NCBI GenBank assembly: GCA_014237715.1
Contig: JAAZZG010000005.1
Coordinates: forward strand, 30,391-94,390
From: Acidimicrobiales bacterium
GTDB taxonomy: Bacteria; Actinomycetota; Acidimicrobiia; Acidimicrobiales; MedAcidi-G1
Length of the DNA stretch: 64,000 bases
Direction: 5' to 3'
The notes beneath the pieces are model-generated. The model worked only from the letters and a program-made list of their open reading frames with translations, ran no database searches and had not been told where the DNA came from. Below, piece by piece: positions 44,230-52,225 of this stretch (position 1 is the first letter of the stretch; every line of letters starts with the position of its first letter). The position numbers were made by a program, and so were the translations under genes.

Positions 44230-44955
44230 ATGGGCGAGACTCGGCCCATGGACCACAACACTCTCCTGACCGCTGTCGAACGCGAAGGGCGGGCCCTGCT
44301 AGCCGCCGCCGAACGGGACCCTTCCGCCCGAATCGAACACTGTCCGGACTGGGACGCCTCGGGCCTGGTCGACCACATAGCCGGGGTGTGGAGCTTCATG
44401 GCCGCCCAGATCGAGGCCGCCTCACCGGACAAGCCAACAGGACCCGACCCCGACGACCCCTCGACAGCCAGTGACCGGCTTAGCCGCCTGGTGGCCCTGC
44501 TGGCCTCGGTCGAGCCGGCGACGCCATGCTGGAACTGGTGTCCCAAGGAGGGCCGAACCGCAAGCTGGATGGTCCGACGCATGGCCCACGAGAACAACAT
44601 CCACCGCTGGGACGCCGAGAACGCCGTGGGTAACCCTGATCCGCTTGACGCCGACCTGGCCCACGACGGCGTGGACGAGATCCTCGACGTCTCGTGGCGA
44701 CACCTGCCTAGCGGCCCGGTGGGCGACTATCCCTCCTCGACCCTCCACCTACACCGCACCGATGGCGACGGCGAATGGCTGCTGTCGTCAGCCGGCGGCC
44801 AGTTGGTGGTGGGACACGAGCACGCCAAGGGCGATGCTGCGGCACGTGGCACGGCTTCGGACCTGAACCTGCTGGTATGGGGTCGTCGTCAGCCGACGCT
44901 GGAGGTCTTCGGCGACGAGGCCGTCCTCGACGCCTGGCTGGCCCTCGCTCCCTGA
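44230..44955 (+). CDS. Mycothiol-dependent maleylpyruvate isomerase-family (DinB-like, TIGR03083-type) protein
   Basis: 241 aa. The N-terminal region has CPDWDASGLVDHIAGV, typical of the MDMPI_N domain. Confidence 0.6.
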   Translation: MGETRPMDHNTLLTAVEREGRALLAAAERDPSARIEHCPDWDASGLVDHIAGVWSFMAAQIEAASPDKPTGPDPDDPSTASDRLSRLVALLASVEPATPCWNWCPKEGRTASWMVRRMAHENNIHRWDAENAVGNPDPLDADLAHDGVDEILDVSWRHLPSGPVGDYPSSTLHLHRTDGDGEWLLSSAGGQLVVGHEHAKGDAAARGTASDLNLLVWGRRQPTLEVFGDEAVLDAWLALAP

Positions 44956-44965
44956 CCCCGGGGAA

Positions 44966-46162
44966 TCAGTCCCTTTCGGTACCCCAGATGCCCACGAAGG
45001 ACACCATCTCGCCCGGGTAGCCCCCGAGGTTGTGCACCAGCGCCCGACTACGGGTGTCCAACGTGGTCACGCGGCGATCGGCGGGCGCCTCACCCCGCAA
45101 CTGGAGCCACGCCTCGTAATGCATGCGAAGCCCACTCGCCCCCACCGGATGGCCGAAGCTCTTGAGCCCGCCGTCGGTGTTGACCGGTAGGTCCCCGTCG
45201 AGGGCGAACCGGCCGTCCAGCACGTCGCTCCAGCCCTCGCCTCGTTCGCTGAACCCGAGATCCTCCATGAGCACTAGTTCGGTCGGGGTGAAGCAGTCAT
45301 GCACCTCAGCCATGGCCAGCTCGGTCCGCGGATCGGTGATCCCGGCCTGGGCGTAGGCGTCGTCGGCAGCCGCCACGCACTCAGGCAGCGTGGTGAAGTC
45401 GAACGCCGGATCCACGAGACCCGACCCGTCACCGGCCACCAGCGAGAGCGCCTTCACGTACAGCGGGGCATCGGTGTAGTCCGTCGCCCGTCCCGCGGGC
45501 ACCACGACGGCCGCTGCCGCACCGTCGGCCACACCGGCGCAGTCGAACACTGACAGGCGGCCGGCCACCGCGGCCATCTCGCAGATGGCCTCAGCCGACA
45601 TTTCCCGTCGGAACTGGGCCAGATCGTTACGGGCTCCGTTGAAGTGGTTCTTCTCGGCGATCTTGGCCACCACGTAGCGAAGCCTGTCCTCGTCGACGCC
45701 GTAACGCTCGGCGTAGGCGGGCAGCATCAGGCTGAACATGGCCGCGGCGGTGAGGGTTCGGTTGGTCCCGTCGGTGGGAATCGGGAAGGCGTTGAGGCCC
45801 TGATAGCCACCGTCCTTGACCTTCTCGCCGCCGATGGCGACGGCCACGTCGTAGGCGCCCGACGCCACGGCGTAACAAGCCTGGCGTAGGGCCTCGGACC
45901 CCGTGGCGCAGTAGTTCTCCACCCGGGTGACCGGACGGTTATCGAGGCGAAGCGGCGTGGCCAGCGAGATGCCCGAGGCCGACGACTGAGACGTGCCGTA
46001 CCAGTAGGCATCGACGTCGTCCTTGACCATGCCCGCCGAGTTCAGGGCGAGGCCGTGGGCCTCGATAAGCAGGTCGTCCAGCGAGCGGTCCCAGTGTTCG
46101 CGAAAAGGGGTGCACCCCATCCCGACGATGGCCACCCGATCCAAGATGCCGTGTGATGCCAT
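44966..46162 (-). CDS. Thiolase-like lipid-transfer protein (SCP-x type; Ltp-like)
   Basis: 398 aa. VAIVGMGCTPF, VENYCATGSEAL (nucleophile Cys region), C-terminal NTDGGLKSFGHPVGASG. Confidence 0.85.
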   Translation of the reverse strand: MASHGILDRVAIVGMGCTPFREHWDRSLDDLLIEAHGLALNSAGMVKDDVDAYWYGTSQSSASGISLATPLRLDNRPVTRVENYCATGSEALRQACYAVASGAYDVAVAIGGEKVKDGGYQGLNAFPIPTDGTNRTLTAAAMFSLMLPAYAERYGVDEDRLRYVVAKIAEKNHFNGARNDLAQFRREMSAEAICEMAAVAGRLSVFDCAGVADGAAAAVVVPAGRATDYTDAPLYVKALSLVAGDGSGLVDPAFDFTTLPECVAAADDAYAQAGITDPRTELAMAEVHDCFTPTELVLMEDLGFSERGEGWSDVLDGRFALDGDLPVNTDGGLKSFGHPVGASGLRMHYEAWLQLRGEAPADRRVTTLDTRSRALVHNLGGYPGEMVSFVGIWGTERD

Positions 46163-46186
46163 GTGCGCGCTCCTCTCCGCTGCGGG

Positions 46187-47593
46187 TCAGCCCCGAGCGG
46201 GATGGGCCTTCCAGAAATAGTTGTGTATTCCATCGGCCGTGAACATCCGACGGAACGTCATCTCCACCCGGTCGCCAATGGCCACCTCGGCCGGGTCGGC
46301 GTCGGTGAGTTCGATGGGCATGCGGCCGCCACCGTCGAAATCGACCACCGCGAACACCACCGGTGGGCTTTGCGAGTAGACGAGGTGGTCCACGGTGAAG
46401 GTGGCGATGGTGCCCGTGGCATCGGCCATGGGGGCCGGGTCCATGTCGTCGACCGACCCGCCGGCGATGCCGATACGACTGGGCGGCAGGTGGGTGATTC
46501 CGGTGGTCCGGTCGGTCGCCCCGACGAAGCCGTGCTTCCAGTCGGTCCGCCGAAGGGCGGCTGCCGAGGAGGGACGGTTGGGTTCGGGCCGGTTGGGGGG
46601 CTGGATCTCCAGCAAGCCGCGCCACGCCAGGTAGCGGGTGTAGGCCACGTCGGCACGGTCGTCGACCTGAGCGGCCACCGATCGGGTCGGCCGGCCGGCG
46701 GCCAGCGCATCGGTGGTCCGGAAGAACAGGACCTCGCACCCGTCTGCCAGCACCACGAGGGCCACCACGGCACCGGCTTCGGCCCCGTCCAGCACGTCGG
46801 CCAGGAGGAGGGAGGGATGGGCGGCACCAGCGTTGCCAATAGTGGCAGCCCGGTCGTCGGCCACGGCCACGCCGAGGCCGGACGCGGCCTTCTTGGAGGC
46901 CCGACCATGTAGCCCGGTGATCACAGCGACATCTACGTCGTCGGCGGTGAGATCAGTGGCGGCTAGGGCATCAGCCCAGGCCTGTCGTACGAGGGGCAGG
47001 TAGGCCTGCTCGCCGAAACGGTCCTCCCAGGTACGCGAATAGGCGCTCCCCGGAGTGCGCCAGCGGTCGGTAAATTCACCGGTGGACGTGGCCCCGCCGA
47101 GGTACTCGGCCAGAAGCGGACCGTCGTCCGATGATCCGGTGAGGATGGCGGTCGCTGCGTCGCCGCCCCCGCCGTCCTCGGGGCCAGTCGGCAGGCCGAT
47201 CCGGATGTCGGAGGCCACCACCAGAGTCCGGCCCGGAGCGGTCAAGGCGGCACGCAGGGCGCCCACCGCGGAGCGCTGGGCGCCCCCGAAGTCCAATGCG
47301 GGGATCGTGGAGTCGAGCCGGAGGGCGGCGTGTATCACCGTGGCATTGGTCTTGTCGAGATATGCCGGAGCGACCGTCGAAAACCAGAGAGCGTCCGGCG
47401 TTGTGTTGTCAAGCGCACCCAGCGCCCGGCGGGCCGCCGCCACACCCATGGTCGTGGTGTCCTCGTCAAAGGAGGCGACGGCACGATGGCCCCTACCGCC
47501 CCCTGCTCCCATGACCGATGAAATCTCGGCCCGGTCAAGACGCCGGTACGGCACGTGGGCGCCGTAGGCAAGGATTCCTCTGGTCATGCTCAT
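46187..47593 (-). CDS. HMG-CoA synthase/KAS-III-like domain fused to a C-terminal DUF35 OB-fold domain
   Basis: ORF 46187..47977 trimmed to MSMTRGILAYGAHVPYRRL (GGAGGGGAGACGG upstream). N-terminal HMGCS-like blocks (FDEDTTTMGVAAARRAL). The C-terminal GTIATFTVDH...VVDFDGGGRMPIELTD...IGDRVEMTF is DUF35 OB-fold-like. Only one Cys in 468 aa. Confidence 0.7.
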   Translation of the reverse strand: MSMTRGILAYGAHVPYRRLDRAEISSVMGAGGGRGHRAVASFDEDTTTMGVAAARRALGALDNTTPDALWFSTVAPAYLDKTNATVIHAALRLDSTIPALDFGGAQRSAVGALRAALTAPGRTLVVASDIRIGLPTGPEDGGGGDAATAILTGSSDDGPLLAEYLGGATSTGEFTDRWRTPGSAYSRTWEDRFGEQAYLPLVRQAWADALAATDLTADDVDVAVITGLHGRASKKAASGLGVAVADDRAATIGNAGAAHPSLLLADVLDGAEAGAVVALVVLADGCEVLFFRTTDALAAGRPTRSVAAQVDDRADVAYTRYLAWRGLLEIQPPNRPEPNRPSSAAALRRTDWKHGFVGATDRTTGITHLPPSRIGIAGGSVDDMDPAPMADATGTIATFTVDHLVYSQSPPVVFAVVDFDGGGRMPIELTDADPAEVAIGDRVEMTFRRMFTADGIHNYFWKAHPARG

Positions 47594-47618
47594 CCGTCTC
47601 CCCTCCGATACCGTACAG

Positions 47619-47637
47619 ATCTGACGGACCGTCAGAT
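47619..47637. promoter_or_regulatory. Perfect 19-bp palindrome (candidate operator) in a divergent promoter
   Basis: ATCTGACGG-A-CCGTCAGAT, with 9-bp perfect arms, centred in the 69-bp gap between the divergent starts 47593 (-) and 47663 (+). Confidence 0.5.
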
Positions 47638-47662
47638 TACCTTCCACGAGACCGGACGCCCC

Positions 47663-48856
47663 ATGGACTTCGATTTCACCACCGAACAGGAGGCCTTCCG
47701 GGCCGAGGTCGAGACCTTCCTCAACGCCAACGACGACCCCGACGTGTTTGACCCCACCAGGGAGAACATGGCCCAGATCGTCGACACGCCCAAACGCCGG
47801 GCCCTCATGAAGAAGATGGGCGAGCAGGGCTGGTTGGGCATCACCTGGCCGAAGGAGTACGGCGGCCAGGAGGGCGAGGGGGTCTACGAGTACATCCTTA
47901 ACGAGGCCCTTGCTGGACGGGGCGGCCCCCAGATCGGCAAGGGCGTCGGAATCATCGGCAAGACCCTCATCGCCCACGGATCAGAGTTTCTCAAGGAGGA
48001 ATTCCTCCCCAAGATCCTGGCCAACGAGGTGGAGTTCGCCGTCGGCTACAGCGAGCCCGAGGCCGGCTCGGACGCGGCGGCCATGAAGCTCAAGGCCGTC
48101 GAGACCACGGGAGGCTGGACCCTCAACGGTCAGAAGACCTGGACCACGTCGGCCCACTTCGCCGAGTGGTACTGGGTGGGCGCCCGCACCAACCCCGACG
48201 CCCCCAAGCACTCGGGAATCACCCTGTTCCTCGTGCCGATGGACCACCCAGGCATCACCGTCCAGGGCATCTGGACCATGGGCGACGAGCGCACCAACGA
48301 CGTCTTCTTCGACGACGTGTTCGTCCCCGACGAATACGTGGTCGGTCAGCTCGACCACGGCTTCCAGTACATCTCCCAGGCCCTCGACCTCGAGCGGTTC
48401 ACCATGTTCACCTTCTCGCCGATCAAGCAGCGCTTGGACCTTTTGATCGACCACGTGCGCTCGGCCCGCCGCGACGGCCAGCCACTCAAGGACGACCCGA
48501 AGGTGCGTTCGCGCATCGCCCGTCTAGCCACCACTGCTGAGGTGGCCCGGGGCATGGGCCTGCGGGTCGTCGACGCCTCGGTGAAGGCAGAGGCCAGCGG
48601 TGGTGCACCGCCGACCATCGAGTCCTCGGAGTACAAGCTGTTCACCACCGAGTTCTCCAAGATGCTCGCCGATGCGTCAATGGACCTAGGCGGTCCGGGC
48701 ACCCAGCTTCGGGTCGGCACCGAGGAAGCCCCCATGGCTGGGCGAGCCGAGTCGACCTACCGGTACACCGTGCTGGACACCATTGGCGGCGGCACCTCGG
48801 AGGTGCAGAAGAACATCATCACCCGCCGCGGCCTGGGCCTCCCCAAGAACTTCTAG
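47663..48856 (+). CDS. Acyl-CoA dehydrogenase family protein
   Basis: ORF 47555..48856 trimmed to MDFDFTTEQEAFRAEV. GYSEPEAGSDAAAM. C-terminal TIGGGTSEVQKNII. Confidence 0.85.
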   Translation: MDFDFTTEQEAFRAEVETFLNANDDPDVFDPTRENMAQIVDTPKRRALMKKMGEQGWLGITWPKEYGGQEGEGVYEYILNEALAGRGGPQIGKGVGIIGKTLIAHGSEFLKEEFLPKILANEVEFAVGYSEPEAGSDAAAMKLKAVETTGGWTLNGQKTWTTSAHFAEWYWVGARTNPDAPKHSGITLFLVPMDHPGITVQGIWTMGDERTNDVFFDDVFVPDEYVVGQLDHGFQYISQALDLERFTMFTFSPIKQRLDLLIDHVRSARRDGQPLKDDPKVRSRIARLATTAEVARGMGLRVVDASVKAEASGGAPPTIESSEYKLFTTEFSKMLADASMDLGGPGTQLRVGTEEAPMAGRAESTYRYTVLDTIGGGTSEVQKNIITRRGLGLPKNF

Positions 48857-48874
48857 CCCCACCGACATTCGACC

Positions 48875-50044
48875 ATGACGACCGACCGCCCCCTTCTCGA
48901 CGGGATCACCGTGCTGAACCTCGCCTCGGTGGGGCCCGCGGTGCGCGCCGCTCGCTGGCTGGCCGACTGGGGTGCCGACATCATCAAGGTGGGGCCGGTT
49001 CCGCGTGACGCCGACGTGGAGATCACCCCACCGGCCTACGCCTACAGCGCACACCGGGGCATGCGTCGGGCCCTGCTGGACCTCAAGTCCGACGGAGGAC
49101 GCGACGCCTTCCTGCAACTGGTCGCTCACGCCGATGTGGTCATCGAGAGTTTCCGCCCCGGCGTCGTCGACCGTCTGGGCATCGGCTACGAGGCCCTCCG
49201 CGCCGTGAATCCCCGCATCGTGCTGTGCTCGACCACTGGCTTCGGCCAGACCGGCCCACGGGCCCAGTGGGCGGGCCACGACCTCAACTACCTGGCCGTG
49301 GGTGGTTACCTCCACTGCTCGGGCCGCGGTAGCGATGGCAGCCCGGCACTTCCCGGTGCGACGGTGGCCGACAGCGCTGGCGGTGGCCTGCACGCGGTGG
49401 CCGCCATCTGTGCCGCACTGACCGCCCGGGGGACCACCGGCGAGGGCACCCACCTCGACGTGTCGATCGCCGACGGCGTCCTGTCGCTCATGTCGCTGGC
49501 CGTCGACGAATACCTGGCCGACGGCACCGAGCCCGAGCCCCGCCACGGCCTGCTTACCGGCCGCTACGCCTGGTATGACCTCTACGAAGCCTCCGACGGC
49601 GGCTGGCTGGCCGTGGGCGCCATCGAGCCCCGTTTCTTCGCCAACCTGTGTCACGGCCTGGGCTGTGACCAGTGGGCCGGGCAGCAGTACGACGACGACG
49701 CGGTCGATGCCATGCGGGCCGACTTCACGGGGGCTTTCGCCTCGCGCCCCCGCGACGAGTGGGTTGACCTCCTGGGACCGGCCGACGCGTGCGTCACGGC
49801 GGTGCTGGACGTGCCCGAACTCCTGGCCGACGAGCAGTTCCGGGCCCGGGGCGCGTTCACCGAGGTCACCCACCCAACGGCCGGAACCATTGCCCAGGTG
49901 GCCGCCCCGCTGGCCGGGCAGGTCGATGCCGCCGGTCTACCCGTCCGCGACATGGCCCGGCCGGACACCGACGAGATCCTGGCCGCCGTCGGCGTGGGTG
50001 CCGACCGACTGGCCTCTCTGCGAGCCGAGGGAGTGATCGCATGA
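48875..50044 (+). CDS. Family III CoA-transferase (CaiB/BaiF/alpha-methylacyl-CoA racemase-like)
   Basis: 389 aa. LDGITVLNLASVGPAVRAARWLADWGADIIKV N-terminal signature. Confidence 0.85.
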   Translation: MTTDRPLLDGITVLNLASVGPAVRAARWLADWGADIIKVGPVPRDADVEITPPAYAYSAHRGMRRALLDLKSDGGRDAFLQLVAHADVVIESFRPGVVDRLGIGYEALRAVNPRIVLCSTTGFGQTGPRAQWAGHDLNYLAVGGYLHCSGRGSDGSPALPGATVADSAGGGLHAVAAICAALTARGTTGEGTHLDVSIADGVLSLMSLAVDEYLADGTEPEPRHGLLTGRYAWYDLYEASDGGWLAVGAIEPRFFANLCHGLGCDQWAGQQYDDDAVDAMRADFTGAFASRPRDEWVDLLGPADACVTAVLDVPELLADEQFRARGAFTEVTHPTAGTIAQVAAPLAGQVDAAGLPVRDMARPDTDEILAAVGVGADRLASLRAEGVIA

Positions 50045-50583
50045 GCACTGAACTGGCTCCGATCACTGAAGCGGTCACCGACCGGATCGGGCTCGTCCAG
50101 TATGAGGAGGAGGGCGGCTTCCCGGTCGAGCACGGCTACATCTGGACCACGTGCGCTGCCGTCGAGAACGGCAACCCGCTGTTCTGGGACGAGACGGTGG
50201 CCGACGACCTCACCGACGGGCCGATCGCCCCGCCGACCATGCTGTCGGTCTGGTTCCGCCCCCACCACTGGTCGCCGGGCCGCACCGAACCGGCGGTCCC
50301 CCTACAGGCACACTTCGACCTGAAGGACGACCTCCACCTGCCCGAGGCCATCATCTCGTCGAACACCAACACGTTCCACGACCCGGTCCGCATCGGCGAC
50401 CGGGTCCGGTCCCGCCAGATCCTCCGGTCGGTCAGCGAACCCAAAACGACCCGACTGGGCCACGGTCGCTTCTGGACCATCGACGTGGAGTACCTGAACC
50501 AGGACGACGCCCTGCTGGGCGTGGAGTCCTACACGGCCTTCGGCTACCGCCGCGCCGACGCCAAGAAAAGAGCCGACTCGTGA
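50041..50583 (+). CDS. Hotdog-fold protein (FAS1-like/MaoC N-terminal-type dehydratase subunit)
   Basis: ORF 49789..50583 trimmed to MSTELAPITEAV (ATGA overlap with the CoA-transferase stop). 180 aa. PPTMLSVW and GDRV...EPKTTRLG...FWTIDVEY hotdog-like pattern. Confidence 0.65.
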   Translation: MSTELAPITEAVTDRIGLVQYEEEGGFPVEHGYIWTTCAAVENGNPLFWDETVADDLTDGPIAPPTMLSVWFRPHHWSPGRTEPAVPLQAHFDLKDDLHLPEAIISSNTNTFHDPVRIGDRVRSRQILRSVSEPKTTRLGHGRFWTIDVEYLNQDDALLGVESYTAFGYRRADAKKRADS

Positions 50584-51053
50584 CCCGACTGGTCCACGGT
50601 GACGTGGCGATCGGCGACACTCTGCCTGGTCTGAGCGTCGACGTGACGGCCACCACGGTCGTGCTCGGCGCACTGGCCTCACGGGACTGGCGACCCATGC
50701 ACCACGACCGAGACTTCGCCATCAATCGCAACGGCACACAGGACATCTTCCTCAACACCCCGAACCAAGCCGCCTGGTTCGAGCGTTACGTGACCGACTG
50801 GACCGGGCCCGCCGGCCGGCTGGGCCGGATGACCTTCCGTATGAACACCTCCGTGTTTCCCGGCGATCACATGGTCTTCACGGCCACAGTTACTGGCACC
50901 GAGGTCGACGATGCCGGATGCGGCTGGATCGACCTGGACGTGGCCCTCATGGTGGGCGAGGTGGCCGCCACTACGTGCGCCACCCGGGTGGCCCTCCCCC
51001 TCGACGAGAACGACAACCCCTGGGCGCGCCGTGGCGATGCCTGGCGACCCTAG
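50580..51053 (+). CDS. MaoC-family (R)-hydratase-like hotdog protein
   Basis: ORF 50151..51053 trimmed to GTG 50580 (GTGA overlap). 157 aa. RDWRPMHHDRDFA resembles the hydratase motif region. Confidence 0.7.
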   Translation: MTRLVHGDVAIGDTLPGLSVDVTATTVVLGALASRDWRPMHHDRDFAINRNGTQDIFLNTPNQAAWFERYVTDWTGPAGRLGRMTFRMNTSVFPGDHMVFTATVTGTEVDDAGCGWIDLDVALMVGEVAATTCATRVALPLDENDNPWARRGDAWRP

Positions 51054-51064
51054 GAGACCCGACC

Positions 51065-52198
51065 GTGGACCTGGCCTTCACCGACGAACAGGAGATGTTG
51101 CGAGAGGCCGTGCGCGGCCTGTGCGCCGATGCCGCTGACTCGGTCCGTGCCATGGAGAACGATCCGAAGGGCTTCGACGACGACTTCTGGCAGGGCCTAG
51201 CGGCCATGGGCCTGACCGGGCTCATGACCCCCGAAGCCCTCGGCGGCTCCGGCATGGGCCTGTTGGACGCTGTGGTGGTCTACGAGGAGCTGGGCCGCAG
51301 CCTCGTGCCCTCACCCCATCTGGTGTCGGCGGTGGTGGCCGCCGGCGTGCTGGCTACCGCCGGATCCGACGCCCAGCAGACCGAGTGGTTGCCCGCCATG
51401 GCCGCCGGCGACGCCGTTCTGTCGGTGGCGTGGTTGGAGCCCGACAACAGCTCGGGCCCCAGCGGTGTCCAACTCACCGCGCAGGCCAACCCAACCGGAG
51501 GCGACGACCGGGGATTCGTCCTGACCGGCATCAAGCGCCATGTGCCCTTCGCCTCGTCGGCCGACCGACTGGTGGTCCTGGCCCGAACCGGAGACGGAAG
51601 CGAGGTGATCGACCTGTTCCTGGTGGATCCCACGGCTGAGGGCGTCACCCTGACCCTCCAGCCGACGGTGGCCGGCGACAGCCAGTACCGGGTCGACCTA
51701 GACGGCGTCCGGGTGACGGCTGACGACCGGATAGGTGCAGCCGGTACTGGCTGGGCTACCTGGTCGACGGTCATGACCGACGCCATGGTCCTGGTGGCGG
51801 CCCAGGCGGTGGGCGCGGCCGAGGCCACCCACGCCCTGACCACGGAATACGCCAAGGAGCGACACCAGTTCGACAAGCCCATCGGCTCGTTTCAGGCCAT
51901 CAGCCACTATCTGGCCGACGGCATCACGGCCATCGACGGTGCCCGGGTGCTGGTCCACCGGGCCGCCTGGACCCGCGACGAGGGGCGGGACGTGGCCTCG
52001 CTGGCCCCCATGGCCAAGCTGTTCGCCACCCAGACCTGCCGGGACGTGACCGGTGTGGCCATCCAGGTGCACGGCGGTATGGGATTCACCGTGGAGTGCG
52101 ATGCCCAGCTGTACTTCCGCCGGGCAAAGTCGTGGCAGCTGAACTGGTTCGACACCGACCACCTCGAGGACCTGATCGCTGCCGCCGTCCTCGACTGA
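51065..52198 (+). CDS. Acyl-CoA dehydrogenase family protein (second ACAD)
   Basis: ORF 50918..52198 trimmed to GTG 51065 (VDLAFTDEQEMLREAV; AGGAG 8 nt upstream). QVHGGMGFTVE block. Confidence 0.8.
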   Translation: MDLAFTDEQEMLREAVRGLCADAADSVRAMENDPKGFDDDFWQGLAAMGLTGLMTPEALGGSGMGLLDAVVVYEELGRSLVPSPHLVSAVVAAGVLATAGSDAQQTEWLPAMAAGDAVLSVAWLEPDNSSGPSGVQLTAQANPTGGDDRGFVLTGIKRHVPFASSADRLVVLARTGDGSEVIDLFLVDPTAEGVTLTLQPTVAGDSQYRVDLDGVRVTADDRIGAAGTGWATWSTVMTDAMVLVAAQAVGAAEATHALTTEYAKERHQFDKPIGSFQAISHYLADGITAIDGARVLVHRAAWTRDEGRDVASLAPMAKLFATQTCRDVTGVAIQVHGGMGFTVECDAQLYFRRAKSWQLNWFDTDHLEDLIAAAVLD

Positions 52199-52225
52199 CC
52201 CGTCCCCGACTGGAAGCAACCGGAC

